A DNA stretch of 64,000 nucleotides. It comes from an uncultured Rickettsiales bacterium (lineage in GTDB: Bacteria > Pseudomonadota > Alphaproteobacteria > Rickettsiales > CANDYO01). How positions within the stretch are numbered: the first letter of the stretch is position 1; every line of letters starts with the position of its first letter. Positions 36,793 to 47,620 of this stretch are shown here, one piece after another. The stretch spans positions 24,576-88,575 of the forward strand of contig CAZVLF010000002.1 in NCBI GenBank assembly GCA_964627795.1. The letters run 5' to 3'. Under the pieces are notes generated by a model. It was not told the DNA's origin and did no database searches. It saw only the letters and a program-made list of their open reading frames with translations. Position numbers and translations under genes: made by a program.

Positions 36793-37506
36793 CTAACTAA
36801 TTATTGTATATTTTCCTTCACCTGCAGCTACTCTTGAAAATGCATCTTTTTCTTTTATTGAAAAAACCACTATAGGTATATTATTATCTCTTGCCATGGT
36901 TATGGCAGAAATATCCATAACTTTTAAATCTTTATTGATAACTTCACGGTAGGTTAGAGTTTCATAACGGGTTGCATTAGGGTTCTTTTTTGGATCCTCT
37001 GAATAAACTCCATCAACTCCAGTTCCTTTAAAAACAGCATCACAATTCATTTCAATTGCTCGTAAAGTGGCAGTAGTATCAGTTGTAAAAAATGGGCTGC
37101 CAGTTCCACCAGCAAAAATAACAATCCTTTTCTTTTCCATGTGCCTAACTGCTCTCCTTCTTGCATAAGGTTCACAAATTGTTGCCATTGGAATAGCAGA
37201 TTGTACTCTTGTTGGAATTCCAATTGATTCAAGGCAGTTTTGTAAAGATAAAGCATTAATTACTGTTGCAAGCATGCCCATATAATCAGCACTGGCTCTT
37301 TCCATTCCTTGAGCTGCTACTGAAACTCCTCTAAAAATATTTCCCCCTCCAACAACTAAGCATAATTCATAATCTTGGTCATATACGTCTTTAATGTTTT
37401 TACATATAGACTGCACTGTTTTAATATCGATTCCAAAGGGAAGGTCACCCATAAGAGCTTCACCTGAAATTTTTAATAATATACGTTTAAATTTATGATT
37501 TTTCAT
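36793..37506 (-). CDS. pyrH: UMP kinase
   Basis: I prefer ATG 37506 ([18 protein letters not shown]), whereas the ORF track extends to TTG 37560. [11 protein letters not shown] and [14 protein letters not shown] motifs are present. Confidence 0.92.
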   Translation of the reverse strand: MKNHKFKRILLKISGEALMGDLPFGIDIKTVQSICKNIKDVYDQDYELCLVVGGGNIFRGVSVAAQGMERASADYMGMLATVINALSLQNCLESIGIPTRVQSAIPMATICEPYARRRAVRHMEKKRIVIFAGGTGSPFFTTDTTATLRAIEMNCDAVFKGTGVDGVYSEDPKKNPNATRYETLTYREVINKDLKVMDISAITMARDNNIPIVVFSIKEKDAFSRVAAGEGKYTIIS

Positions 37507-37585
37507 TTTTCTCTCGTACTTGATTGTATAATTTTTAGCATGAAGAAAGTTTTGATGCAAGGCTCAAGAAATTAAATCCTATAAA

Positions 37586-39001
37586 TTAAATTAGATCAGA
37601 ATTATTAAAGCAGTTAGTACTAATATTATATGGGGTTATGCCAAGTAAGTTAGGGTAATGTATATTGGCACCATATGTTATTAATAAATCAGCCATTTTA
37701 CAATCCTGATTTCTTGCAGCTATATGTAAGGCTGTTTCACCAAAAAAGTCAGGCTCTATGACAGCTTTTCTTTCAAGAAAATATTGTACAACTTCATATT
37801 GTTTAAAATTAACTGCAAGATCAATAGCATGATAGCCAAAATCTTCTTTTGAGTTTATAATATTATTTACATTTTTACCGGCAATTGACTTAACATTTTG
37901 CATATCTCCATTTATTGAGGCAGAAATTAATTTAATAGATCTTTTAGATAAAAATTTTCTTACCAAATCAGATTTATAAATCTCAGCAACTTGTTCTGGA
38001 GTTAATCCTTGATTATTTTGATTAAATATATTTGCACCTTTTAAAATTAGATATTTGGTAATTTCTATATTATTAGATCTTGCTGCTCCATGAAGAGGGC
38101 AATTTTTATCAGCTCCACTACAATCATTAACTTTGTTAGGATATTGGTATAAAATTTTTTTTACATGGTTAAAATAACTTAGGCAACAAGCTTTATATAA
38201 AAAAGTTGGTGAGTCATAAGGTGTTATAAAAGGGTTTCCTCCATTCTTTATAAGAAGATCTATCACAGCTTCTTTATGAGATATAGCGCTTCCAATTGCT
38301 ATATGAAGAGGGGTATAGTTATCTTTATTAACTGGATTTACATGACCTCCATGAATAATTATTTCTTCAATCACTCTTAAATTGCCTAATGCAGAGGCAA
38401 AATGAATAGGATAATCCGAGTTTTTATTTCTTGAATTTAAAGTGATATTTTGTTTGATTAGAGAAAGTGAACTAATAGTATCATTATGAAATAAAGATAA
38501 AGTTAAGCAATTATTTCCTTCCTTATTGTGGTAATTTATATTTGCTCCTAAGCTTAAAAAATAATTTACATATAATCTATACTCTGAGTTACAAGCAGAA
38601 ATAAAGAAATGATTTATTTTAATAGAGAGGAAGCGAGAAATAAAACTATCTTTTTTGGCTAACTGTAAAGCGATAAGATTATCATTATTTTTAATAAGCT
38701 CATCAATATTTTTATCAACCAATTTTCTTACAATTTCTGCATTATCAAGAGAAGATGCAATATGCAAAGCAGTGTTACCATCTTTATCTTTAGCATTAAT
38801 ATTGATAGCTAGGTTTAAAAGACATTCTATTAAATCTACTCTCTGTTTTTCTACCACTTTATGTAAAATTGTTTTTTCTTCACAGTCAGTCATATTAATT
38901 GCATGTTCAAGTTGTTTAGCAATATTACAGAAAATCTTTGGTTGATGAGGATACAAATGGAATATTTCAAAAACAAAATTAGGGTAAGATGTACCACACA
39001 T
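37586..39001 (-). CDS. Ankyrin-repeat protein (471 aa)
   Basis: There are multiple ANK units, for example DKDGNTALHIASSLDNAEIVRKLV, DNYTPLHIAIG, KNCPLHGAARSNNIEITKYLILKGANI and GETALHIAARNQDCKMADLLITYGANI. Confidence 0.85.
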   Translation of the reverse strand: MCGTSYPNFVFEIFHLYPHQPKIFCNIAKQLEHAINMTDCEEKTILHKVVEKQRVDLIECLLNLAININAKDKDGNTALHIASSLDNAEIVRKLVDKNIDELIKNNDNLIALQLAKKDSFISRFLSIKINHFFISACNSEYRLYVNYFLSLGANINYHNKEGNNCLTLSLFHNDTISSLSLIKQNITLNSRNKNSDYPIHFASALGNLRVIEEIIIHGGHVNPVNKDNYTPLHIAIGSAISHKEAVIDLLIKNGGNPFITPYDSPTFLYKACCLSYFNHVKKILYQYPNKVNDCSGADKNCPLHGAARSNNIEITKYLILKGANIFNQNNQGLTPEQVAEIYKSDLVRKFLSKRSIKLISASINGDMQNVKSIAGKNVNNIINSKEDFGYHAIDLAVNFKQYEVVQYFLERKAVIEPDFFGETALHIAARNQDCKMADLLITYGANIHYPNLLGITPYNISTNCFNNSDLI

Positions 39002-39072
39002 AAGAATTATAGAAAAAATGAAGGATTAGAATATATAAGCTCCATATATAGCTTCATATTTTATATTGTCAA

Positions 39073-40398
39073 TCAATATTTAATCATGGTTAATTTATCA
39101 ATTATTGATTCTAGGAGCTGAGCTGTTTCTTTATTTTTCAAAATATGGCCATTTATCATGATAGAAAATGCAATTTTATTATTTAAGTAACCAGCAATAT
39201 TATAAATATTACTCATGGAGCCAGTTTTGGCTTTGAGTGAAAGATGAGGATGATTTTTAAGAAACTCCTTTATTGTTCCATCTAATGAAGATGTAGCTAA
39301 AGAGTTATAAAAATACTTATTGGAGTAAGCTTTAAGAAAAAGCGAAACAATTTGCTCTGAGGTAAGTAAATTATATCTTGAGCTTCCAGATCCATCAACT
39401 AAACGAGATGATTCAGTACTTAAATTTATTTCACTGCTTAAGATTTGATAAAGAGCTTTTATTCCCAACTTAAAACTTCCTTGCTTAGAAAAATATTCAG
39501 CACCAAGTGCTTTTAACAGAATATTAGCAATTAAGTTATCAGAATCCTTTTGAATTACTTTTATTATTTGAGAAAGTGGAGGTGAGTAATGTTCAGCTAT
39601 TATATATGTATCAGGGTTAGAAGTCTTAAATATAATTTCCCCTGAGAAATCAATTTTACTACTAAATTCTTTAACAGTTTTTTCAATCATCAACTTCGGA
39701 TCTTGGTAAGCTACATTTAGCTTTAATGGTTGAGAGTTAATATCAATACATCCAGAAAATAAATAATAATTTCCTTCTTTTGCTTTAAGTTCTGCCTCAC
39801 AATTAGGATCTTCTTTTGTAATAATATTATTTTCAAATTCAATGTTATCTGACAAAATTAAGCTAGCATAATCGCCTAATTTGTTGCCAGGTTTAAGCAG
39901 CCCTCTAAAACAGTTTTTATCTACTACAACAGTGCTACTTGGAGCAGAAAAGCAAAATTTTGTATCTTCAATAGACCAACCATCGCCAAAATATTGGTCA
40001 TCTAAATATTCAGTATCGATATAAATATTTCTATATTTTTCTTGAGGAAGTTGATCTATAAGATTTTTAAGATTTTCTCTCGATAAAGTCGGATCTCCAT
40101 AAAACTTAATATAAATATTATTATTTTGATCTTTTGATATACTTGTTTTAAATTTAAAATTTGGGCCCAAATAAATGAGTGAGGCATAGGTAGTGAATGA
40201 TTTAACCACACTTGCAGGAATCATTGATTTAGAAGAATTATAAGAAAAAATCTTTTTCCCATTTTTTAAATCTTTTGCTAAAATAGAAATAAAAAAACTA
40301 TCATTTTTCTTGATGATATTTTCTATTTCTTCGCTGGCTGAGTCAAAATTAATAAATAAGGTTAAAATTATAAAAATAGAGTTTTTAAGCATTTCCAA
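39073..40398 (-). CDS. dacB: D-alanyl-D-alanine carboxypeptidase/endopeptidase (PBP4, S13 family)
   Basis: 441 aa with a signal peptide. SxxK is present (PASVVKSFT), together with DGSGSSRYNLLTS (SxN region) and KTGSM (KTG). Confidence 0.8.
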   Translation of the reverse strand: MEMLKNSIFIILTLFINFDSASEEIENIIKKNDSFFISILAKDLKNGKKIFSYNSSKSMIPASVVKSFTTYASLIYLGPNFKFKTSISKDQNNNIYIKFYGDPTLSRENLKNLIDQLPQEKYRNIYIDTEYLDDQYFGDGWSIEDTKFCFSAPSSTVVVDKNCFRGLLKPGNKLGDYASLILSDNIEFENNIITKEDPNCEAELKAKEGNYYLFSGCIDINSQPLKLNVAYQDPKLMIEKTVKEFSSKIDFSGEIIFKTSNPDTYIIAEHYSPPLSQIIKVIQKDSDNLIANILLKALGAEYFSKQGSFKLGIKALYQILSSEINLSTESSRLVDGSGSSRYNLLTSEQIVSLFLKAYSNKYFYNSLATSSLDGTIKEFLKNHPHLSLKAKTGSMSNIYNIAGYLNNKIAFSIMINGHILKNKETAQLLESIIDKLTMIKY

Positions 40399-41014
40399 TA
40401 GAATTTAAAAATTTACTTGCATCAATTCCACATATTTTTAGCGCTTTTTGCCATCTAAACGATGGGTCTTCTACAAATAATAATTTAAAAATACTATCAT
40501 TTTGGCTTTTTTCTACTAAATTTGGCAATATTAACCAATCATTTTGTTTTAGTTCATTATTAAGTTGGTTTACTCCCCAACCACAATATCCTAAAGCTAA
40601 CATTTTATACTGAGGGCCGCAGCTAGAAACTATATCTTTAATTATATATGCGCTAGTGCTTATACTTACTCCTTTGAATAATTCAATTGAAGGATTATTA
40701 GCATATTCACTGCTGTGAATGATTATACCTTTATCTTGTTCTAAAGGTCCTCCAAAAAATATTTGTAAAGATGCATCTTTGCTAGGGATGATTTTAGAAT
40801 TTTTTAGGTTTGATTTACTTTTATGTACTTTTAAAGATTCAAGGATCTCTTTTCCTTCAAGTAAATTGAGAATTTTATTTATCATTATTCCGCTTGATCC
40901 TGATTTATCGTGAGATAAAAGAAGGATGATAGATTTATGAAATATAAGGCCATGATTTGAAAATGGACTGCTAATCAGTATATCGCCGGGTTTAAGAGAG
41001 TGATAACTAACCAA
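40385..41014 (-). CDS. YqgE/AlgH family protein (UPF0301)
   Basis: 209 aa. FFGGPLEQDKGIIIHS and GYCGWGVNQLNNELKQNDWL match the family signature. Confidence 0.8.
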   Translation of the reverse strand: MVSYHSLKPGDILISSPFSNHGLIFHKSIILLLSHDKSGSSGIMINKILNLLEGKEILESLKVHKSKSNLKNSKIIPSKDASLQIFFGGPLEQDKGIIIHSSEYANNPSIELFKGVSISTSAYIIKDIVSSCGPQYKMLALGYCGWGVNQLNNELKQNDWLILPNLVEKSQNDSIFKLLFVEDPSFRWQKALKICGIDASKFLNSIGNA

Positions 41015-41016
41015 TT

Positions 41017-42348
41017 TTATTGACCTCCACTTGACTTACTATATTCTAAAATATCACTAGCTCTAAGATATTGCTTACTCCCAACAGGAGACATTTTTAA
41101 AACTTTTGCTGCTAAAATCTTGCTTTTTCCAAAAGCATTTTGATGAAAATAATATTCAGCAAGAGCTAATATAGCTTTATCTTGTTGTTTTACTAATGCA
41201 TAGGCTTTAGAAAGCATAAAATAAGCCATTAAATTATCATTTTCTACTGCTACAATTTGGTTTAATATAGTTATTGCTTCACTTGCAAGTTTATTATTAT
41301 AAGAAGCTGATGCAAGATTAATTTTCGCTACAGCAAATTCAAGCTTAAATAATTTATCTGTGGGCATTAAAGAGAGAGCTTTAAAATAGTAGGTATGTGC
41401 TAAATCTAATTTTCCGTTTTCAAAATAATATTGGGCTTTAAGTTCTAATAAATATGGATCATTAGGAGAGTTTTCTATTATTTTATTGAGTAATTCAATG
41501 GCTTTTTCATATTGACCTGAACGAAAATAGCTTATGGATAATCCGTAAATATCATTTTTATAAAGCTCTTTAGTTTGACTAGGGTTACTAATAAATGCAT
41601 TTAATTTGGTGGCTAACCTTTTAAAAATTGTAATAGTTTCTTGAGTTACATTGTTACCAAATTTACCTAGCTTACTTTTTATAGCGTTTTGTAGGCCTGT
41701 AAGTCTTTCTTGCGTCATTGGATGTGTGCTAAGATAAGGAACTGCATCATAACCTGCTTCACTTTTTGCCATGAAAGTAAAAAAATTGATTAAGCCTTGG
41801 CCATTATTGTTTGTTTTATAAAGGAGATCAATTGCTATCTTATCTGCTTCTATTTCATGCCCACGCGAATAAGACATCATCTTCCTTATAGAAGCATTAG
41901 CAGAGGCTGTGCCAATAAAAATTCCTGCATCAGGTCCTCCAGCAAACATACCTGCTAAACCTAATATTGTACCTGCTAAAGCGAGGTATTTAGTTTCTTC
42001 TAATTCCTGGCGGAGATTAATTAAGTGTCCAGCATAAATATGCGCTATTTCATGAGCTAAAACACCATATAAAATGTTAGGATCATAAGCAAATTTAATT
42101 AGCAAGCCTGAATGAATAAATATATTGCCTCCATTGGTTACAAAGGCATTATAAGAAGGATCAGTAATAATTCTAATTTTAATCGCTTTAGGATCTAATT
42201 TTGCAACATTTAGAAGAGGAGTAATAAAAGATTTTATTTTATTTTCTATCTCAGCATCAGTAATTATTTGAATTTGTTTGCTTGCTTGAGCAAAAGATGA
42301 AAGAGTGATGATTAACCAAAAAACAATTTTCTTAATCATTTTATTCAT
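41017..42348 (-). CDS. M48 zinc metalloprotease with C-terminal TPR domain (BepA/YfgC-like)
   Basis: It has a signal peptide, the HEIAHIYAGH (HExxH) motif, and TPR-like repeats in the C-terminal half. Confidence 0.8.
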   Translation of the reverse strand: MNKMIKKIVFWLIITLSSFAQASKQIQIITDAEIENKIKSFITPLLNVAKLDPKAIKIRIITDPSYNAFVTNGGNIFIHSGLLIKFAYDPNILYGVLAHEIAHIYAGHLINLRQELEETKYLALAGTILGLAGMFAGGPDAGIFIGTASANASIRKMMSYSRGHEIEADKIAIDLLYKTNNNGQGLINFFTFMAKSEAGYDAVPYLSTHPMTQERLTGLQNAIKSKLGKFGNNVTQETITIFKRLATKLNAFISNPSQTKELYKNDIYGLSISYFRSGQYEKAIELLNKIIENSPNDPYLLELKAQYYFENGKLDLAHTYYFKALSLMPTDKLFKLEFAVAKINLASASYNNKLASEAITILNQIVAVENDNLMAYFMLSKAYALVKQQDKAILALAEYYFHQNAFGKSKILAAKVLKMSPVGSKQYLRASDILEYSKSSGGQ

Positions 42349-43202
42349 AAAATATGCCTTGTTGCTAGGGTGGCAAAATACATAAATAAGCCTACAAAAA
42401 AATTGAGCTTAAATCTTCTTCGACAATTATCAATATCATCAATAACTATTGTTTTTACTTGCCAAAATAAAATTGAGATAGGAAGAATTATCCATATATT
42501 ATAATATTTCCCAATATTAATCATATTGCCAGAAAAAAAGAACATTGTTGCAGTGATAGTATAAAAAATATTTAAAAATTTTTCAGTTTTTTCTCCAAAG
42601 TAAATTGCTGTTGATTTAACCCCTAGCTTTATATCGTCTTTTACATCTTGTAATGCATAAATAGTGTCATATCCTAAAGTCCAAAAAATACAACCAATAT
42701 AAAGGAGAAATGCAGGCAAAGATAATTTTTCATGAATAGATAACCATGCAATTAATACTCCAATATTATAGGTTATGCCTAAAAATAATTGAGGGAAGTA
42801 TGTGAATCTTTTACAAAAAGGATAAATTATAATCAATAAGATAGAAAATAACGAAATTAATATGGCTGGCTTATTGAAAAAAAATAGCAAACTTGCTGAG
42901 GCTAAAAGAAGAATTACTACAAGATTTGTTGCTTCTTTAATTTGTAACTTCCCGGTTGTTATAGGTCTTTCTTTAGTTCTAAAAACTTTGCAATCGATAT
43001 CAGCGTCTATTATGTCATTAATTATACAGCCAGCAGATCTCATTAAAATGCTTCCGATAATAAAAATAATAGTATATTTCAAGTTAAAGTAACCTGAATT
43101 TGCCATATTTAGAGAAATTAAGCATGGCCAAAGCAGTAAGAAAATGCCAATAGGTTGATTTAATCTCATCGCTTCAGAGTATATTTTTATTTTATTTCTC
43201 AT
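42345..43202 (-). CDS. ubiA: 4-hydroxybenzoate polyprenyltransferase
   Basis: 285 aa and polytopic. NDIIDADID (NDxxDxxxD) and a second Asp-rich motif, YALQDVKDD, are present. Confidence 0.88.
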   Translation of the reverse strand: MRNKIKIYSEAMRLNQPIGIFLLLWPCLISLNMANSGYFNLKYTIIFIIGSILMRSAGCIINDIIDADIDCKVFRTKERPITTGKLQIKEATNLVVILLLASASLLFFFNKPAILISLFSILLIIIYPFCKRFTYFPQLFLGITYNIGVLIAWLSIHEKLSLPAFLLYIGCIFWTLGYDTIYALQDVKDDIKLGVKSTAIYFGEKTEKFLNIFYTITATMFFFSGNMINIGKYYNIWIILPISILFWQVKTIVIDDIDNCRRRFKLNFFVGLFMYFATLATRHIL

Positions 43203-45048
43203 TCACAACCTTCAACTTACCATTAGTAAACAAATAATATGCTGACTGATAATAATTTATAGCTTGGTTAACTTGATTTTGATCTAATTCAGTTTCTTCT
43301 AATTTAAAATTATCCAGTATTTGGTATGTTTGAGCCGCTTTTATAGGGGATAAAACAGTTAATTTACCATCAGCCATTAAGCCTAATTTTTGATATGTAG
43401 AGATAAAAGCATTCTCATATTTTTTAGAGAATATATCATTACCAAAAAATTTACTCTCATATGAGATATTAAGTAAACCTAGAATTGTTGGTGCTAAATC
43501 AATTTGGCTAGCCATTTTATGTACAACTTTAGGTTCGATAATTTTCGGTGCATATATTAGTAATGGAATATGATATTTTTGAGGAGGAAGAGCAACTTTT
43601 CCAGCACTTCCAGCGCAGTGATCGGCGGTTATAACAAAAATAGTATTATTAAACCATGGTTTAGTTGAAGCTGATTGTAAAAATTTGCCTAAAGCATAGT
43701 CTGTGTATTTTACTCCACCTTCACGGTTTAATTTAGATGCTATATCAATTCTACCTTGTGGAAATGTAAAAGGCCTATGGTTTGAGGTGGTCATTACTAA
43801 AGAAAAGAACTTTTTCTTATTGTTAAAAGATTGATCAGCTTCCTTAAGAACCTGTTTATATAGGTCCTCGTCTGATATGCCCCAAATATTTTCAAATTCT
43901 ACTTCATTTGCAGGAACATCTTTCCTATCAATAGTTTTAAAACCATTATGGGCAAAAAAGTAATTCATATTGTCAAAATATCCATATCCACCATAAATAA
44001 ACTTGCTTTCATATCCATTATTATTTAAGACTGAACCAATAGAATATAAATTTTCATTATTTTTACGTCTAAGAATAGATTGCCCTGGTATAGGAGGAAG
44101 ACCAAGAGTTATAGCTTCTAAACCTCTAACAGTTCTTGTTCCAGTAGCAAAAAAATTGTCAAAATATATACTTTCATTGATTAATTTGCTTAAGTTTGGT
44201 GTTAATTCTTTTCCCTCATAAATAGATCCTATAAAGTGGGCACTTAAGCTTTCAATAGTAATTAATATAACATTATAGTTTTTTTCAGGAGACTGAGGTT
44301 GAACCATTCTAGTTAGGCTTCCCTTTTCAGAAATCATTTTTCCTAAATCAGCTAAAGATTCTTCGTCATCCTTACTTTTATAAAATTGGTAATAGTCTAA
44401 GGAGTTGTTTAAGAAAGCAGAAAATAGATTATAAAGCCCATTTTTACTTATTTCATTAAGATAGTTATTTTCTTTGATATCAGTGAGTTTTGGATTATAG
44501 AAATTGTAACTTACAATGCATATAAATAAATAAGTTAAAAAGTTATATGCTTTGCTTTTAAGATCAATTGGCTGCTGAAAAAAATATTTTATTACAGGCT
44601 TGAGTATAAAGAAAAATATGGATGCTATAATAAAAATTATAGGAATAATAATATGCATAGGGTAAGATTCTTTAATATTTCCTATAACTTCTTGAGTATA
44701 AACTAAGTAATCAACAGCAATGAAGTTAAACCTAGTTGAAAATTCAAGCCAGAATGTAAATTCTGAAGCAATTAAAAAACATAGTGCAAAGATGACTGCA
44801 AAATATATCAAAGAATAAATATAGGAATTAATCTTTGAGTAGAAAATTTTATTTGGAATTATTAAGCGGAAAAGTGATAATAAAGCAATAATATAAAATG
44901 AAGTTATAACATCATTTATCAACCCAAAACTAAATGCTTTTAAGGCCTCAAGTAATGATAAATCTATTTCATGTTGGTAAACAGCAAAGGAATATAAAAT
45001 TGCTCTACTTATAAAATTAAAAATCAAAAAAATTATTAATGCTAACAT
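43192..45048 (-). CDS. Sulfatase-domain membrane protein (LtaS/OpgB phosphoglycerol-transferase-like)
   Basis: It has an N-terminal multi-TM region plus an extracytoplasmic sulfatase domain (ITIESLSA..., TADHC). I prefer ATG 45048 (MLALIIFLIF), which avoids overlap with radA. The ORF track starts at 45099. Confidence 0.75.
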   Translation of the reverse strand: MLALIIFLIFNFISRAILYSFAVYQHEIDLSLLEALKAFSFGLINDVITSFYIIALLSLFRLIIPNKIFYSKINSYIYSLIYFAVIFALCFLIASEFTFWLEFSTRFNFIAVDYLVYTQEVIGNIKESYPMHIIIPIIFIIASIFFFILKPVIKYFFQQPIDLKSKAYNFLTYLFICIVSYNFYNPKLTDIKENNYLNEISKNGLYNLFSAFLNNSLDYYQFYKSKDDEESLADLGKMISEKGSLTRMVQPQSPEKNYNVILITIESLSAHFIGSIYEGKELTPNLSKLINESIYFDNFFATGTRTVRGLEAITLGLPPIPGQSILRRKNNENLYSIGSVLNNNGYESKFIYGGYGYFDNMNYFFAHNGFKTIDRKDVPANEVEFENIWGISDEDLYKQVLKEADQSFNNKKKFFSLVMTTSNHRPFTFPQGRIDIASKLNREGGVKYTDYALGKFLQSASTKPWFNNTIFVITADHCAGSAGKVALPPQKYHIPLLIYAPKIIEPKVVHKMASQIDLAPTILGLLNISYESKFFGNDIFSKKYENAFISTYQKLGLMADGKLTVLSPIKAAQTYQILDNFKLEETELDQNQVNQAINYYQSAYYLFTNGKLKVVNEK

Positions 45049-45052
45049 ATAA

Positions 45053-46411
45053 TTACTTCTTATATAAATCTGATAGTTGTTTAATGTGTCCAATCTCAAT
45101 TAAATGCATTCTTTTATCCTTAAACTTTGTTCCAAATGGAACTATTGCTGTAGTGAAACCTAATTTAACAGCTTCCTTAAGTCTTGTTTCTGCATGGCTT
45201 ACTTTTCTTATTTCTCCTGATAAACCAATTTCACCAAAAACTATTGAATCAGAAGGATTTGATTTGTTAGTAAATGAAGAGATTAATGCGCATGATACAG
45301 CAAGATCTGCAGCAGGTTCATTTATTTTAAGTCCACCGACTATATTTAAATATACTTCTTTATCATAAAGATTCATACCATATCTAACACCTAGAACTGC
45401 TATTATCATTGATAAGCGGTTGAGGTCCCAACCAACAACAGATCTTCTTGGTGTTGGAATAAATGAAGGTGCTATAAGAGCTTGAACCTCAACAAGCATT
45501 GGTCTTGTTCCTTCTATTCCTGCTAGAACACTTGATCCACTGGCTTTTCTTTCTGAAGGAGATAAGAATAATTCCGATGGGTTTTCTACTTCTTTTAAAC
45601 CTAGCTCTTGCATTTCAAAAACACCAATTTCATTTATACCACCAAATCTGTTTTTTACTGCCCTTAAAATTCTAAAATGATGGCCTCTTTCTCCTTCAAA
45701 ATATAACACGGTGTCAACCATATGCTCTAGTACCTTAGGGCCCGCAAGCTGACCATCTTTAGTAACATGTCCAACAATAAGAACAATAATACCTTTAGAC
45801 TTAGCATAATTAACTATTTCATGTGAGCAGGCTTTAACTTGAGAAACTGTTCCTGGAGCTGAATTAAACTCATTTACATACATAGTTTGAATAGAATCAA
45901 TTACCACTAAGTCAAGATCATTATCACGCTCTATAATATTCATGATATCATGAATATTAGTAGCAGATAAAAGTTTTACAGGAGCATTAGATAAATTTAA
46001 CCTTTTAGCACGTAATTTTATTTGCTCAGTTGATTCTTCACCTGAGACATAAGCGCAATTAACTTTATTAATGGCAAGTTTAGATACAAGCTGTAATAGA
46101 AGTGTTGATTTCCCAATTCCTGGATCCCCACCTATTAGGATTACCGATCCCTTTACCAATCCTCCACCAAGAACTCTATCTAATTCTGAAAATGAAGTGG
46201 GAAGACGATCATATTCATTAATATCGGCTGATAATGATTGAAAAGAAAGAGAATCACTAGATGTGTTGATAGGAGTTTTTTTACTTTCTTGTTTATTTAT
46301 GGTTTCTTCCTGAAGGCAATTCCATTCCCCACAATCTTCACATCTTCCCGACCATTTAGGGTGGATTGCTCCACAGCTTTGGCAAACATAACAGGTTTTA
46401 TTCTTACTCAT
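45053..46411 (-). CDS. radA: DNA repair protein RadA/Sms
   Basis: 452 aa. It has a Zn finger (CQSCGAIHPKWSGRCEDCGEWN), Walker A (GDPGIGKST), KNRFG and a Lon-like C-terminal domain. Confidence 0.93.
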   Translation of the reverse strand: MSKNKTCYVCQSCGAIHPKWSGRCEDCGEWNCLQEETINKQESKKTPINTSSDSLSFQSLSADINEYDRLPTSFSELDRVLGGGLVKGSVILIGGDPGIGKSTLLLQLVSKLAINKVNCAYVSGEESTEQIKLRAKRLNLSNAPVKLLSATNIHDIMNIIERDNDLDLVVIDSIQTMYVNEFNSAPGTVSQVKACSHEIVNYAKSKGIIVLIVGHVTKDGQLAGPKVLEHMVDTVLYFEGERGHHFRILRAVKNRFGGINEIGVFEMQELGLKEVENPSELFLSPSERKASGSSVLAGIEGTRPMLVEVQALIAPSFIPTPRRSVVGWDLNRLSMIIAVLGVRYGMNLYDKEVYLNIVGGLKINEPAADLAVSCALISSFTNKSNPSDSIVFGEIGLSGEIRKVSHAETRLKEAVKLGFTTAIVPFGTKFKDKRMHLIEIGHIKQLSDLYKK

Positions 46412-46475
46412 AAATAATGCAAATATTGAAATTCAGCTTAGTATAACTTCTTTTTTATAAAATTAATAGTGTTTA

Positions 46476-47177
46476 CTAATTATTTTCGATTTGTTTTTTA
46501 TGATAGATAACGTAAATTACAGCAAGCGCAATTCCTGATAAAAGCCAAGTTAATGCGTAACCTAGATGATGATTACGAAGATTTGGCTCAAGGTCTCTTC
46601 CTCGTGGTAATATATTAGGGTTATCTTTAGCTAAAATATAATAATTTTCTACATGTTTATCTAAAAATGTGCTTATTTGAGATAAATCAATGTAAAACCA
46701 AAGATTTCTTTCCGGTTGATTTTCATGAACATAAAGAGGTTTTTCTTCGCTCTTCATTATTGTTCCTTCAATTTCAACAAGATTTTTTATTAAAGTTTCA
46801 GGTCTTTTCGAACTGTCTTTCTTTTTTTCTGGAACCCATCCTCGGTTAATAATTAAAATCCTATTATCCTCCAAGCGAAGTGGAGTTAGAATATAGTAAC
46901 CATTTTCTCCTTTAAATTGTCGGCTTCCTCCGTACATGTGCATTTCATGTTCATGAAAAAACTCTCCTTTTATTCGAACTTTGCGATAAAGCATAGAGGA
47001 TAAATTAACTTCACTCGGTAGGTCAATAGTTGATAATAAACTACGCTCTTTAATTTCTTTAATTAGATTTTCTTTCCATATTAACCTATTAAATTGCCAA
47101 TAGCTTAAAGAAAATAAAAGAATCAAGCCTGGTATAGTTAAGAATGTAGGCCAGAATTTAGGTTTAAAGCCAATCAT
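46476..47177 (-). CDS. SURF1-family cytochrome oxidase assembly protein
   Basis: 233 aa with two terminal TM helices. LSYWQFNRLIWKENL, GYYILTPL and HLGYALTWL are typical of SURF1/Shy1. Confidence 0.8.
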   Translation of the reverse strand: MIGFKPKFWPTFLTIPGLILLFSLSYWQFNRLIWKENLIKEIKERSLLSTIDLPSEVNLSSMLYRKVRIKGEFFHEHEMHMYGGSRQFKGENGYYILTPLRLEDNRILIINRGWVPEKKKDSSKRPETLIKNLVEIEGTIMKSEEKPLYVHENQPERNLWFYIDLSQISTFLDKHVENYYILAKDNPNILPRGRDLEPNLRNHHLGYALTWLLSGIALAVIYVIYHKKQIENN

Positions 47178-47191
47178 ATAAAAAAGTTATC

Positions 47192-47515
47192 CTACATTAA
47201 AGATTTTTCTTTTAATAAAATTTGTAATTCGCCATTTTCAAACATTTCTCGAACTATATCACAACCTCCAATAAAAGTGCCTTTTATATATAGTTGAGGA
47301 ATTGTAGGCCAATCTGTATAGTCTTTGATCCCTTGACGCATTTCTTCACTTTCTAAAATATTAATATCAATAAAATTTAATTTTAAATGATTTAATATCG
47401 CTGCGACCCTGGCAGAGAATCCACATAATGGCATCTCTGCAGTTCCTTTCATAAATAATACAATATCATTTTCTTTTACTAATTTATCAATTTGACCAAA
47501 TATTTCTTTATTCAT
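47192..47515 (-). CDS. grxD: Monothiol glutaredoxin (Grx4 family)
   Basis: 107 aa. The CGFS active site (PLCGFSARV), WPTIPQLYIKG and GGCDI are present. Confidence 0.9.
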   Translation of the reverse strand: MNKEIFGQIDKLVKENDIVLFMKGTAEMPLCGFSARVAAILNHLKLNFIDINILESEEMRQGIKDYTDWPTIPQLYIKGTFIGGCDIVREMFENGELQILLKEKSLM

Positions 47516-47598
47516 AGTATTTATTAATCCTTACTTTTTAAAAAAAATTCATAAATGAAAAAAAATACTAGGTAAAAGCATTATTTTTTCTTATTATG

Positions 47599-47620
47599 TC
47601 AGTTATTACTTATAACTGAA
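47599..47620 (+). promoter_or_regulatory. Perfect 8-bp inverted repeat TCAGTTAT-N6-ATAACTGA in the proB leader
   Basis: Read directly at 47599-47606 and 47613-47620. It is followed by ACATTTTTT and lies 27 nt upstream of the proB ATG. Confidence 0.25.

Noticed and set aside
45049-45099. The upstream TTG-initiated extension of the sulfatase-family ORF (MRLDTLNNYQIYIRSNY) overlaps the radA 3' end. The same issue applies to the extensions at 53415 (virB6-1), 37560 (pyrH), 30111 (nuoN), 31630 (rnj), 17669 (cysT) and 61880 (glnHP).
   Set aside because: In each case an internal ATG gives a family-typical N-terminus (signal peptide or conserved start) and removes the overlap with the neighbouring gene, so I preferred the shorter models.
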